From the NCBI RefSeq assembly GCF_900964775.1, contig NC_041813.1:31992960-32056959 (forward strand): a DNA stretch of 64,000 nucleotides, read 5' to 3'. Under the pieces are notes generated by a model. The model had not been told where the DNA came from and did not search any database. It worked only from the letters and a program-made list of their open reading frames with translations. A program made the translations under genes and the position numbers. This document shows, piece after piece, positions 1 to 19,499 of the stretch. Source of the DNA: Scleropages formosus. Its lineage: Eukaryota. Positions within the stretch are counted from its first letter, which is position 1, and the number at the start of each line of letters is the position of its first letter.

Positions 1-364
1 GTAGTGTAATATTACTGTAAGGTCACGTAACAGCTTATTTCTGCAGATGAGGGGCCTCTCTCTCCCTCTTCTTACTACACCTGTTGCTCCGGATCATTTT
101 GTTCACCGCATGATCCACACTTGTACTCGCTTCCTTTCAAATGCACTATTTACAGCATTAAGAGTTATAGCCAAGGTACTTGGCCTTGTCTTATTCTCAG
201 CCATTTGTTTTCCGCTATTCCTCACCCTTTCAATCTGTAAACAGCAACCACACAGATGTAGTCATCACCACCTCCTTCTCTTCCTCCTCCTCAAAGAAGT
301 TAGCAGACAAGCAGCCTCAAACATCCCCCCCCCAGAGCTAGCACCACAACCTGCCATCTACCCC

Positions 365-6776
<6,412 letters not shown>

Positions 6777-8804
6777 GGCCAGCTCTGCAAAGACACCACT
6801 GATGTCGTTGCTGGCCCAGCTCTTGGCAGAACATTTACTACTCATGACAGTATCTGCTATCACTGCTGTTACTAGTCCACAATGACCTGTGGAGAACTGC
6901 CTGCACTTCACCCATTCCTGTAATTGGATTCGCACTGAAGACTTTCAGACTGAGATCCAAGCTGGGCCAAAGTCTCAGGAAACAAAACTTCTGGATGAAA
7001 TGCATTAGAGATAAAATGGTTAAAACAGGTGTTAAACGCTTTTTGTTATTCTATTTGTGCTCAGTACCTTTGCAATCCATTTCTGTGCCACCAATGTTTT
7101 TTTTTTTAAGCTGTGAATATCACCCTGCCAACTCTTCTGGCCATGCACACAGGCCAGACGTGCAGACGTGTGCAGCCTACGCAAAAACGGCTGCTGCCGT
7201 CGACTCAGTCAATAGGCCGGAAAGCAACAGGGTGATGAACTGCCCTGCTCCTCCTGGTTACATCTGCCCCTGGTGCCCAAAACACTGTGTGACGCTCCTT
7301 AGCTCTGTCCAAAGAATAACTCCTTCCGGAACATCTCAAGTCATTACTGATCACCAGCATTCACAAGCACCAGGCATAAGCTGTAAATACTGTGGAAGGG
7401 AGCTGAATGGAGGCAGCCTCACATTTTTATATTGTGTGTGTTTTTTACTGCCCGCGAATAAGGGATCAAGGAATCCCAGGTTGCTTTGACTCAAACAGAC
7501 ACACGTTTTAGAAAATAAATTATTTGATTTATAAGTGATTTTATAGATATGGCTGTGTTTCTGCATCAGTGTTTCATAAAATTATATTATGAAGTGTTGA
7601 AATTTTTGTTCTTTGGTTATTTGTGACATGCGACGACATTTAAATATATGATCTGTTATGCGAATTACAACATGTGACATCATGGTCAACGGTGTAACAC
7701 AGGGATGGCAAATTGTAGCATTCTTGTCAAAGCTACAAATAAATTCTTTGAATACATATTTGTCCTGGAGTTTTTCCTGTATACTAGTGTACAGGAAATT
7801 TTTCCCAAAGTAGTTCCAGCGGTGCAAGATGTGAATCACTGAAAAGGGGAAAAAAAAAAAAAAAAAATCACAGCATTTGCCGGAATGTTGTCTTTTCAGG
7901 CACACAAGGTGTAGGCGGGAGGCTATCTTCCCTGGAAGCCCTTCAGTGAGACACAGACACAGTTTCCATGGACATGCACCATTACATGAAACCTGGGTGC
8001 ACTTACAGGAAAGGAGCAAGAGCTGGTTAAACAACAAAGTGAGCACTTGATGTGTGAGTAAACAAGTAAACACAATCAGGACACGGGACAATGGAAAAAT
8101 AGTACATGGGGTTAAGGGATCATTCTCACAAGTGGCAAAGTCAGCAGCATGCTTTCCCAGCCTGGGTCATAAAAATTCATTAATGCACTGAAGTATACAC
8201 TTTATGACCTTTTCACACATATCTGTAAACAGTCTTAGTAAGTGAAAATACAGCAAGTGGATGGCACTACAGCACATGAGAAAAATGAGTCAAAGCAATA
8301 GTTGACTAATCAGTTCAATGAGCACAGCCACACATACTCCCCAAAGGAAGGAAGGTGCTGAGGAATACAAACAGCGTCAACGGCCAGACAGCCAGATTCA
8401 GACACACACTCTTCGGGTTCTCTACCATGCCATGGTCAAGGGCACCACAAGAAAACAGTTTACAATCATTGTAATTACAGTCAAATGATTAAAGCATGGA
8501 GAAATACAGAGAACAAAATTCATATTTTTGCTAGAAATGACACTGGTATGTCATATATTAATTTTTAAACAGTCCGTGTCAAGAATACAAGTCAAGTGTT
8601 CTTAATACAAAAGCATAAATAATACAAAGAAACTTCAGGTGATCAAACATAAAACGAAGGAATGCCACTGCTGACTGATGCAGAAACACCTGAAATACTA
8701 CTTAGCATACAGAGCTCTGAGGACAAGACCTAAAGATTGACAAAATCACAGCTATGAAGCAGACAGAAGTATGGATGGTTCAACTCTACGATCGACAGCA
8801 GGAC

Positions 8805-8835
<31 letters not shown>

Positions 8836-10449
8836 ATGTGGATCCCAACCTCTAACAATCAACAACAGGACACATTGAAAGTGGATCCAAACCTAGAGCC
8901 TCTAGTCTAGTGAAAAGAACACGTTGCGGTCGTAGTACTACTAGGACTGCTTCATCCACAGCTCAGCTGTCAATCCCAAATTCAATATCCAGCAAGTTTA
9001 TTCCACTATGATGTGTGACTGCTGTCCGCTCTCTCACAAGCACTTCTCGCGTTTCAGCACAAACCCCTGTGTTTCGGTACCGGGACAATTCGTGTGAACT
9101 AGTAGCAACGCAGCGGCCGGCGACAGTGACTGGGACTTAGTCTTACCACAGCGAAACGATCCCTCCTAGTCCTCCTAGGACCTAGGAACAAACGGCCTCT
9201 CTCTTCCAATCAATGAATGTCTCCGGCGTCTCCCGTCCTCTTCGGTCCAAAGACTCAGTGTTTATTCACCGGCATATTCAGTTTTTCTTCTACTCGCTCT
9301 CGCCGGTCCCTCCCTTCGAAGCAACTCTCGGTCCCGCAGTCGAGTACACGACTAACCGTCTCTCTCCAGCTAGCGCCTCAAAGGGCTAACTAAGGCAGCC
9401 TCCCTCCCTTCCCTTCCCTTCCCTTCCCTTCCCTTCCCTTCCCTTCCCTCACGTCGCGAGCCTCGGCCCGTGTTCCCTGTCGCCTAATACTCTTTCTATC
9501 ATACTTTGCCGTTACATCGTGTCAGTTTATAACATCCATGTGCTTTATTTCAGTTGTTTGCCACCATTCCTCCGTGTGCCTTTCTGGCTCACCCTTTTTT
9601 TTTTTGTTCAGAAATGTAAGATGGCTACGCGGGGCGGGAGCCGACCGGAAACCGGAAGTACAGTTCATGGTCATCATGGAAGTGCTTCCGGAAGGTCAAC
9701 TCCCACGGGGGGAGTTAGTTAGTGTTCGCGATGCGCTATTAATTAATAAACTCAAAAATGCTTATTTATGCGGGAATATTTCACTGTATATAAAATGCAG
9801 AATTAAGTATGGTACAAGTTGAATGCCTCATAGCTACAGAGTTCTAAGAAACAACGCTATTTTAATAATCATGAGTTTATTTTCTGCTACACACACAAGC
9901 ATGGATGTTTTATTCTCGCAAATAATTTTTCCGAGAAGACAAATTTTTAAGTACACTGTTAATGTGGTGACCATAACACCCGGAGAAAAGCTGTTATAAA
10001 TTAAAGTTAAAAAATAAGCGCAGAAACGCTAACTCTGGCTGCCCGAGCCGTCCACCACTGACCCAGTACTTGGACGAAAACAAAAACGTCAAAGTGCGAC
10101 ACGAGCAAAACCCCTTTCTCGGACCCAGAAGACACACAGCCCCCTCTAAATCCCACTATGCAGTACACAATGACACTGCACTGAAGAAAGCACGAGAATG
10201 AGATACAGCGGACGTGATTGAAGGCACGCGCACGCGCACGCGCCTACATCCTGCCGGTAGAGTATAAAAATGATGGAATGCGGTCCACGTAAAGACTGGA
10301 ATAAACAAACAGGCCGACGGTAACGTTCAATTGGTAAAGTTATGTGAGGTAACTAAAGAAACACCTGGAGGAAATGAGCTCAGCAGCACCTCTCCTGCCA
10401 CAGTAAAGCGGTAGAACTCCAATGTACTGAACTCGCTTCATTGTTTTTA

Positions 10450-10860
10450 CGTGGCACTCCCTGTGGAGGCTGCGGAGGACCAGCGTGTCCTCACACATCA
10501 TGCACACCTTCTACGGGGCGCCACTGAGAGCATTCTGCCCAGCCGTGTCACTGCGTGGTGTGGGAACTGCAGCGTCTGTGGCCGCAAAGCGCATAGTGAC
10601 TACAGCCGGGAGGATCGCTGGTACCCCGCTGCCCTCCCTACAGGACATCGGCCGTGCCCGCAAGGCCTCCAGGATTGTGGGCGACCCCGCACGCCCCTCC
10701 CGCAGCCTCTTCGGCCTCCTGCCAACTGGGAAGAGATGCAGGAGATTGGAGGCGGATCCACCAGACTGTGCAACAGCTTTTTCCCTCAAGCTATGAGGAT
10801 CCTGAACTCCCTGCAGCACTCTAATCCTGAACTCTGACCACCAGAACCAGCCCCCCGATC
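10450..10860 (+). repeat. Decayed copy of a common teleost interspersed-repeat ORF (...WYGNCS...LPSLQDI...NSFFPQAMRILNS motif)
   Basis: ORF track entries 10451..10837 and 10485..10796 cover the same element in two frames, which implies frameshifts. The motif recurs in many unannotated fish loci. Confidence 0.45.
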
Positions 10861-11339
10861 CAGAAGGACGCCAGCCACTGTTATATGGTCTGCAGAGATT
10901 GTCCTCTCGGGTCCCTGACAGTCTCTGCTGAAACCTCACTGAAGCTGATGTCCTTCCCAAGTATAAGTGCTGTATTTCTTTAGTACATTCCACACCGACC
11001 TACCCCTCTTTTCCAACTATTATTGCACAAAAACTCACTTTCTTTGCACTAGCACTTTTAAATCTGTGCACATTTCTATTTATTGAACCGACCACACCAC
11101 TGCACTTCATTCCAGTATTTTCACTTTAGTAGTTAGTTATTGTGAACTCTACTGAAGCAGTAGCAGTATATGCTGTAAACTGTACGTTGTCCTTCATGTG
11201 GCACCGTGGTCCAATGTATGTTCTAAACATTTTGTGGAAGTGACAATAAAGTTCACTTTGACTTTTCACTTGCCTTCATTTAGTAGTTGATGCTTTTCTT
11301 CATCAGAACAACTCGCACTCTGTTCAGAGATGTATAATT

Positions 11340-11382
<43 letters not shown>

Positions 11383-11550
11383 ATCCCATACAGGGTTGCA
11401 GGGAGCCAAACCCTAACCTGGCAACACACGGCTGGACGGGGACACACCCAGGACGGGACGCCAGTCCGGCGCAAGGCACCCCAAGAGGGGCTCGAACCCC
11501 AAACCCAAACCCACCAGAGAGCAGGACCCGGTTCAACCCACTGCGCCCTC
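11383..11550 (-). mobile_element. tRNA-derived SINE (family A), preceded by a (CA)n tract
   Basis: Reverse complement of GGGCGCAGTGGGTTGAACCGGGTCCTGCTCTC...GGTTCGAGCCCC...GGCGTCCCGTCCTGGGTGTGTCCCCGTCC...CCCTGTATGGGATAC. Confidence 0.7.
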
Positions 11551-12779
11551 AAATGTGTAATTATTTACACACATTCAGGCTGCTGGGTATTTTTCCCTGC
11601 AGTAACTAACTAACCAACCTTAACGTTAAGGTAAGTACTTCACTCAAGGCTACGACGGCTGGAAGTGAGACTCGAACCTACGACCTTCGCTGTACCCGCT
11701 ACGTCGTCCACCGCAACTACCGCAGCTTTTTCTCCCCGGTTTCTACTCATCTGCTTTTTTTTCCACCACGGAAACTATTTGCGAAGGCGGCCGTTGACAC
11801 CGTCAGTGAGCCGGTCTTTCGGCACTGAAGTAGAAATTCGCACCGCGTGGGTGTGGAAGAAAACTCCCGCGCTGACCAATGAACGATCGTGGAACGCACG
11901 CGACCTCCACAGACGAGCTGCCCTCGTGCGCGCGTCCACAGCACCGTTCCGTGACGCGCACTAGAGTTTCACAGCCGCGTAACGGTGACAACAGCACTTT
12001 CTCACGCGTGGTGGTTATTAGTTCGATGCCTTGCGCTGCCGGGATGGACTCCGGAGCACCACGACCCTGCCTCTGGATCTCTTTTATTTTTTTCCCTGTA
12101 TAACCACCCCAGTGAGTGATCTATAGCCCTCGAGTGGCTGCAGCCCTTTTCTTCTATCACTGCATCCAAGTGTCTCTTTCTCCTAATGTAATGAACACGT
12201 TGTATTTTCTATGGGATGTATGTCGCTTTGGAGAAAAGTGTCTGACTGATAAATGAATACATGATCATCGTCATGTATTCATGTAAAATTCATGTAATAT
12301 ATCAAATTAAATGTACATGTACATGTTCATGTAATGGACATGTACATGTGAATATAGACGTACATGTAAATGTATATGTAAATGTGCATGCTAGTTAAAT
12401 GGGAATGTAAAAAGGATAAGTAAAAATAAATGTACACGTTAATGCAGCATAATATACTGTACATGGAGGCGCAAAGGCTCCGCTCCGAGCTCCACGTGTT
12501 CCGTCTGTCTCGATTAGAATCGGAAGAGGACATATCGCTCGTACGTATGGGGGGGTCATCGGCACAGTAAGAGAGACACGACACCACGCAGACGTGCCCA
12601 CGAAGGGCGTCAGGCAACACGCGCCGCAACGGGACAGGTGAGCGGACAGGTGAGCGGACAGGTGAGCAGGGGTGAGCGCGCGCGCTCTCTTGTCTCTTTG
12701 TGAGCGCCTTCTCTCCTGGACACGGACGCGGATGCGGACTCGCAAGGCTTTCCCTCTGAAAGCAAAGTTCTGGAAGAGG

Positions 12780-12834
12780 ATGACTCCGTGGAGGACTTTA
12801 TTGGATGTGATGGTGGCAGTTACCATGGCAACAG
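12780..12834 (+). CDS. Serine protease copy 1, exon 1 (signal peptide MTPWRTLLDVMVAVTMATG)
   Basis: ATG at 12780, a hydrophobic signal peptide, donor CAG|gtaggc. It is homologous to the exon-1 sequences at 20429, 26405 and 32255. Confidence 0.55.
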
Positions 12835-13285
12835 GTAGGCTTTACCAAGTCAGCGATGCCTGAATATAAAGAGTACGGAGTCGAAGAGCGAAGTCACTTT
12901 GACGAGCGAACGCAGTGCGGCTTTAAGTGACCACGAGGGTCACACGATCATGACCGTGGCACACAGCACCAGTGAGCGCGTCCGCATTGCAGTCCACCTG
13001 TAAACTCGAGTGGACTTTTCCACTTTCCACTTTGAAACGAGTTAAAAGGAAAAATCATGTACAAACTTTGACTTGTTGTTGTTGGCAAATCAAATGTACT
13101 GAGCCTGATCACGTCCAACAACATCGATCGTGTCCTCCGCATTCCGTTTTCTCCCTCGCGAACATTTTTGAGGCGAGACACGGCAGAAAAAACGCGGAAA
13201 CTAACTTAGTATTACAGTAAAACCGCAGCCGGAGGAACCGGATTTCGTTCGCTCACGGAGACGCGCTCGAAGCGCTCGGCAGTGC

Positions 13286-13292
13286 GGGACAC

Positions 13293-13340
<48 letters not shown>
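13286..13340. repeat. (CA)n microsatellite. A (TA)n-rich tract lies downstream at 13466-13502.
   Basis: Simple repeats between exons 1 and 2 of protease copy 1. Confidence 0.9.
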
Positions 13341-13343
<3 letters not shown>

Positions 13344-13561
13344 GCACAGTCAGTGCTGTACACGAATCATTGCTTCGGAGTATGAAAATGAGGTGCGTTC
13401 CCATGGCCACACACAGTCACAGTGTGTACACACACGGACACGGATACACACCCAGACAAACACTATATATATTATATATATACACATATATATATATATA
13501 TATGATGCCCCCTGCAGACACACGCGGTCCTGATCTCTATTTCTTCTCTCCCACTTTCCAG

Positions 13562-13588
13562 AATCACACTCCCAGCTCCATGGCAAGT
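13562..13588 (+). CDS. Serine protease copy 1, exon 2 (propeptide micro-exon). The boundary and phase are uncertain.
   Basis: Acceptor ttccag|AATCACAC. This exon is 25-27 nt, against 21 nt in the other three copies. Only the donor caagt|gtccgt keeps the reading frame. See findings. Confidence 0.35.
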
Positions 13589-13794
13589 GTCCGTGTTGGT
13601 TACTCACTATTACTCCCTGTTCCGCTTCCTTCGGACAGGAACAGTTCATCATGGGCTCTCACCAAAAAGGAAAAAGCTGCACTGAGTATCATCTACAAAC
13701 ACAGTATTCTGCTACTACTAATGTACACATGTCATGTGTTTGTACAGCAATTTCTTTACAAGATTTTGAAACCACTGGAAAATCAAACCCTTAT

Positions 13795-14240
13795 CTCTTC
13801 ATCCCATCCATCCATCCATCCATCCAATTGAAATAAGTGCCTGTCCCGAGCAGGGTCGTGGCGAACCGGAATCCAACCTGGAGGTGTATGGTGCAAGAAT
13901 GGAGGGGGGGTACATCCTGGATGGGATCCCAGGTCATTGCAGATCTTTCCATTCCCCTCACAAAAAAGAATAAATTGTAACATGGACCAAAATGTACAAA
14001 CGATAAGCTGTTATGTTTGGTCATAGATATATGTATTTTGTCACGTCACAGCTCCCTGGCACTGGGTTCGAATCCCCCCTCAGTCTGTGTGGAGTTTGCA
14101 TGTACTCCTCATGTTCTTCATGTGCTTCAGGTAGATTGGTGACTCTAAACTGTTATGTGTGTGTGTGTGTGACTGCCCAGTGATGGACCACTGTGTCCCA
14201 CCTGGGGTTTGTCCAGCCTCACACGCTATACTTCCAAGAC
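13795..14240. repeat. Two adjacent fragments of SINE family B: the 3' part with a (GGAT)n tail in minus orientation at 13795-13960, and a central part in plus orientation at 14040-14240
   Basis: Sequences CATCCATCCATCC...CAGGGTCGTGGCGAACCGGAATCC...GGGTACATCCTGGATGG and ...GGTTCGAATCCCCCCTCAGTCTGTGTGGAGTTTGCATGTACTCC...GGTAGATTGGTGACTCTAAACTG.... Confidence 0.45.
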
Positions 14241-14376
14241 AGACTGTGGACTACAGTGACCCTGCCTAGTGCAGACAGTTACCAATAATAAATTAACATG
14301 TATGTGTTATAAAATTACATTAATTTAAATAATTAAGACACACACACACTAGCAGTTGCACAATTGTGCTTTTTGA

Positions 14377-14700
<324 letters not shown>

Positions 14701-14743
14701 TGATATCATCTTAAACTGCACTCTGTCACGTCTTCTGCTGTAG

Positions 14744-15012
14744 CACAAATCCAAGCAGGTGGACTATGGTTCTGGGCCTGCAGACCCAGCAGGGAACCAA
14801 CCCAAACTCTGTGTCCGTATCAGTCAGCAAAATCACCGTGAACCCAAATTACAATGGAAACACCAACAACAACGACCTCGCTCTAGTCCAGCTGTCCTCC
14901 ACTATCAACTTCAGTGACTACATCCAGCCCATCTGCCTGGCAGCCACTGGCAGCACCTTCTACAACGGCACTGAGACCTGGGTCAGCGGCTGGGGAAACA
15001 TCCAGTCAGGAG
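14744..15012 (+). CDS. Serine protease copy 1, exon 4 (Asp102 exon: ...NNNDLALVQLSSTINFSDYIQPICLAATGSTFYNGTETWVSGWGNIQSGG)
   Basis: Contains the DLALVQL catalytic aspartate motif. The donor here is GC (ggag|gcgagt) where the other three copies have gtgagt. Confidence 0.7.
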
Positions 15013-16404
15013 GCGAGTGCGTTCGTCCTGAGGGCCAGCAGGTGGTGGCATGGTTAGGGAACAGGAGCTGTAAGTGACTGATTGGAGTTTCCTTTCCAAC
15101 GATGCCTGTTCTTTTGTACAGAAAATATGGTAAATAGTAAATATGCTCGACATGCAAACTTTCCGATGCTCAAACCTGGCTTTATAAGTGACACAGCGAC
15201 ACTGAAAAGCACTTAAGATGCTACTCGGGAAAGTGACACCATCGCCGGATGCAGCACAGGTCAAAGAGCCTGGGAAAATACAGGGAGGAGGCCATTACTT
15301 TGCTGCCTGATACTTTGTTCTTCTGCCAAAGTCATGTTCGAGAGACTTTGACCACCCCAGACAATACAGGCATCCCTAGATGTACTAAATGAATCCGATG
15401 CCGAAAACGGTGCGGATGCCGCAAGCCTGTTTCCCATTGTTCTAAGTCATTTTAAATAACAACGCTCATCGTTTTCCCACCAGCCGAGCACCACTGTGCT
15501 GTGCAAAAGGCTGCAGTGTACTTCTTGCCAGCTCTTCTCCTGACTTACCAGCATCTTAACATCTTTTTTAAGGAATTATCTCAACTTTGGCCTTTCTGTC
15601 ACTACTTATGCTCCTTGCTTCATGGTGTTCCGCGCACTCTGAGCTCTTCTGCCTCTTGACTTTCGGTACAAATGCGTTCTTATCTGCAATGCCCTAACAG
15701 ACCGTTTCCTTTAAGACTTGGATGCATGGTCTATGCATGTAGGTTGGTGCTGGATGACTCCGTTGCGTACTGAAGAAGCACCGCACTGAGTTTCCTTCTG
15801 GCCCGTAAGGAAATGACTTTTGGATACAGTGAGCTTTCACCCCCCGTGACATTTCCTATCTCCTTCAGATCTCCTTATGAGACCTCAACACCCCATCTTG
15901 GAAATCTGGTTCGTTGAGCTACTGCTTGCTGACTAGCCTTGTTGGCACAAACCTCAGTTTTATGTCTGTTGAAGTGTCTCAGCCTCGACATCTCCAAACC
16001 TCGCCTCCGAACCCCTCGCTCGTACTTTCTGTGGTACCAATGTTTCCGTCTCGTTACTCCAATGACATATAGAGTGTTCACGAAAAAACAAACACGTACT
16101 CTCCAGCCAGAGAGCTTTACCCAGAGTTTTAGACAGTAGCATATGGCTCTATATGGCTACGCTTATACCACAATTTAGAAAAAGACACGTTTGTATAAAA
16201 TAATACCAGTGTATGAGTACCGCATGAGTTAAACACAACGTAAAGAACAAACCTTTCGGAATTGCTACAGTGGTACGGTCAGACGAGCCTGCTGGTGCGT
16301 GATCAACCATTTGTGTTAGCTGAGTGTTGGGGCAGTCCGTCTCTCGCCGCACTGCCACTTTGACTAGTGACACTGTGTTAATCCTCATTGTCCTCTTTCC
16401 ACAG

Positions 16405-16550
16405 TGTCCCTCCCTTCACCCGGGACTCTACAGGAAATGCAGGTTCCTGTGGTGGGAAACGGGAAGTGTAACTGTCTCTATGGACCGGGGTCCATCACGG
16501 ACAACATGCTGTGTGCTGGTCTGCTGGCGGGGGGCAAGGACTCCTGTCAG
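16405..16550 (+). CDS. Serine protease copy 1, exon 5 ([49 protein letters not shown])
   Basis: Acceptor tttccacag, donor TGTCAG|gtaccg. Confidence 0.8.
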
Positions 16551-16670
16551 GTACCGCAGCTACCACAGCCTCCTGAGTCAACGTCTGTCTCAGAGAGCTC
16601 TCCACATATCCACAGCGAGTCCAGTGTGACCGTTCCCACTCACACCAGAAATGCGTTTCCACCTGTGCAG

Positions 16671-16982
16671 GGGGACTCAGGAGGTCCACTGGTGGTCAAA
16701 CGGGGTTCCGTCTGGGTCCAGGCCGGGATCGTGAGCTTTGGTAACGGATGTGCTGAACCCAGTTACCCAGGAGTCTACACCAGGGTGTCCCGGTATCAGT
16801 CCTGGATCAGCTCAGTCATCACCTCCAACCTACCAGGATTTGTCACATACTTCTCCAGTGGGACAAACAGTGATGTCACCTGCTACAAGTCCAGTCACTT
16901 AAATTCTGGCCGGACCCTCTTCTTTCCTTCTGTCCTCCTCTCTCTCCTTCCTTCACTGCTGCTCCTTGGAAGTCAGTTTTAA
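16671..16982 (+). CDS. Serine protease copy 1, exon 6 ([50 protein letters not shown]...). It has a hydrophobic C-terminal tail and a TAA stop at 16980-16982.
   Basis: Contains the GDSGGP catalytic serine motif. The tail [21 protein letters not shown] looks like a GPI-anchor or transmembrane signal. The preceding intron is exactly 120 nt. Confidence 0.8.
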   Translation, partial: GDSGGPLVVKRGSVWVQAGIVSFGNGCAEPSYPGVYTRVSRYQSWISSVITSNLPGFVTYFSSGTNSDVTCYKSSHLNSGRTLFFPSVLLSLLPSLLLLGSQF

Positions 16983-18079
16983 ATGCAACACGTCACTTTT
17001 ACTATCATTTTACTCATTTTTATTCATTTAGAATTAATAAACATACCTGTGAACAGCAATGCATTTAATTCAATTCATTTCTACAACCCTCCAAAGCAGG
17101 CTGCCACACAGCTTTTAAGACTGAGTGCAAAAATATAGAAGAGGAAGCAATCCTTAACATCAATAACAAAAAAACAATTAAAATGAATAAAAAGTGTTGA
17201 AGGAGAAGACTGCAGGGCAGGAGACAGAACTGCCAAAGATGTTAGAGGATGTATTCAGTGCGTAAAGTGGTATGAGGAACTGACATACCAAATTCACTCA
17301 CAACATTTACAGTCAGCGTCATTATGTTTATTCAGGTTATCGTCAGAAGATTTTAAAACACAGAGCAGCTTTCAACTTCAGCACAAATCACACTTTATTC
17401 GCTATTCTCACGTTTGGTTTATTACTAACTGGTTTGTAAAGCAATGAAAAGATGTGCATTTTCAGCAAGTCCATATTTAGTATGTATTCATATCTCTCGT
17501 GAGAGAGAGTTGCAGTTAGAACAACTGATAGATTCCAGTAATGTGTGAACCTTCGACTTTTAAAGGACATTCCGTGTTTACACTGCTGCACTTGGACACT
17601 GTGCTGCGCTTCACCTATGGAAATATCAGGGTAAATTGAACAAATGAATGAATGAATGAATGAATGAATGCGTAGAGACACCCATGTAGTAGCTATTCCC
17701 ACAAACACTGCTACTGCATTTCTACTCAGCACACAAACAGTGACACTGCAGTCTTATACCACATTCTTACATACTGTAGGTACGACTGCTGTCATAACGC
17801 GTCACTTGTCTGGAAAATGATATTGTACAAAAGGTAATCTGTGCAATCACGCCGGTGCCAAAATAATCTTATGTCACTCTTGTTTCTGTTCCTCTACTAA
17901 AAAGAAAAAAAAAAAAATCAAGGTAAAAAAGGAATCTCAAGAAAACTAAGACTCTCTGATTCTTTGAAATGTATTCACTAACTGGACTGTAGTTTACTGT
18001 TATTGATTCACAGCTCTGGGCTTCTTTAAAATCATGATAAAATGGTAAAATAGAGTAAGTGCACTGTGCATTTTTGGTG

Positions 18080-18460
18080 GCCAAAAGCACCCCAGAGAAC
18101 AGTCATGGTGCACTACCGTATCCTCCTCGTCTCACTGGGACAGCTGAGAATCGTCACTGCAATGGATGGAATCTTGCTTGACAGGTTCGTCTCACCTAAT
18201 GGCTTCGTGGGATTCTCTCTCGATCCCCAGTCTCTCTCTGTAGGTGTTGCTCAGGGCTCAGCGCTGGGACACTAACTCTTCTCCATCTCTTCTGTTTCTC
18301 TTGCCAGATAACATGCGCAGCTCTCTGTCTCCTTTCCTCCAGTCAACACACATTCATTCACACACATCGTTGGACTTCGGAGCACAACAGAGGTGAGGCG
18401 AAGTGTTGCTTGAACCCACAACCCAAGCCCAGCCACGCGGTACCCGCTGTCCACTGCACC
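18080..18460 (-). repeat. Probable tRNA-derived SINE remnant
   Basis: On the minus strand it reads GGTGCAGTGGACAGCGGGTACCGCGTGGCTGGGCTTGGGTTGTGGGTTCAAGCAACAC... followed by a GTGTGTGAATGAATGTGTG block. Confidence 0.35.
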
Positions 18461-19499
18461 AAAAAGAGGAAAAAGAGAAGATCATGGTCAGAACAGTTCT
18501 GAGGAAATGGCAATAGAAAGGGAGCACTGACGTGTCATGTGAAGCGGTTTTCAGTTATTGGGTTATGACAGTAGTTTCTGAAGCAGAGCTACGGAACTTC
18601 CTATGACTTTCTGTGGCTCAGGAAAGTCACGTGACTGTGCCGAGCGTGAAGGTGACCACACTGCCACACTTTGTTTTATGGCAATTCACTTGAGGGGGAT
18701 CAACTACGCCTCCCTTCGCGCTCGTGCACCTGTTTGTTCGCGCTCCCTCGGCTGCTGTCACACCTGTACGAGCGCACATTACACGGACATGCTCTGCGAA
18801 TGAGGACGCGTCACGTCGCGTCTCCTGTTTATTAATGAATTACATTACCATATATTATTTATGTATTACTTCAACCACCGCCTTTGAGGATGGAAGCAAA
18901 ACTCTGTGTGAAGTCAGAGGGAATCTGGAAGGACCTGAGAGGCATGTTTCACACTCAGTTTTCTTTGTGGAAAAATGTCGGTTGTGTGTTTGCGCACACA
19001 CGCACACGCAAGCATTCACGGCGTACTGGAAGTACGGGCGCTGACGGTTAACAGTGAGGAGACTCAACTTTCCGGCTGAGGAACCTGATTGTTACTTCGC
19101 TCACAGCTGGCGTCTTGCACGAGATGTTCTTTGAAGTGCATGCCAGTGCTGCACGTAACACAAGTGTGATTCGTTTCCATGAATCTTCTTCAGTTTGGAG
19201 CGGCTCTCAATCACAATGCAAGCCTATACAGTGAAAAAAGCACACTCTGTTCACAGTGCCACTCAAGTGACGTGTTGCTCACCATCCCTGTGGCGCAGTA
19301 TGAAGTAGAACACACACACACACACACACACACGTCGCTGAGGTGTAGCGATGGCAATTGTGCGCAGCAGCGATCGACTTCTACACGCTCGTGTTTAGAA
19401 TGAGACTGGATACAGTTCGTTAATATGAACATAAACAGAAACAACGGAACTGCAGTGATGATGTTTGTTTGTGGTACGTACAGCATGAGGAATTATTAC

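Noticed and set aside
9519-9822. Short ORFs in the region upstream of TAOK2 (9519..9722, 9538..9822) and the CCCTT repeat at 9405-9448
   Set aside because: They show no similarity to known proteins and are probably TAOK2 5' flank or UTR sequence. They may contain the promoter, but I cannot place a TSS from sequence alone.
11640-11730. tRNA-like sequence (GGTTCGAGTCTCAC T-arm-like segment)
   Set aside because: It is too short and has no anticodon arm or proper acceptor pairing. It is most likely a fragment of a tRNA-derived repeat next to the SINE at 11383-11550.
16404-16982. Single 192-aa ORF covering protease exons 5 and 6 (and its equivalents 22378..23031, 28972..29577, 34492..35172)
   Set aside because: The middle 40 codons are the in-frame 120-nt intron with clear GT...AG boundaries. 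The mature model splices DSCQ directly to GDSGGP, as in all S1A proteases.
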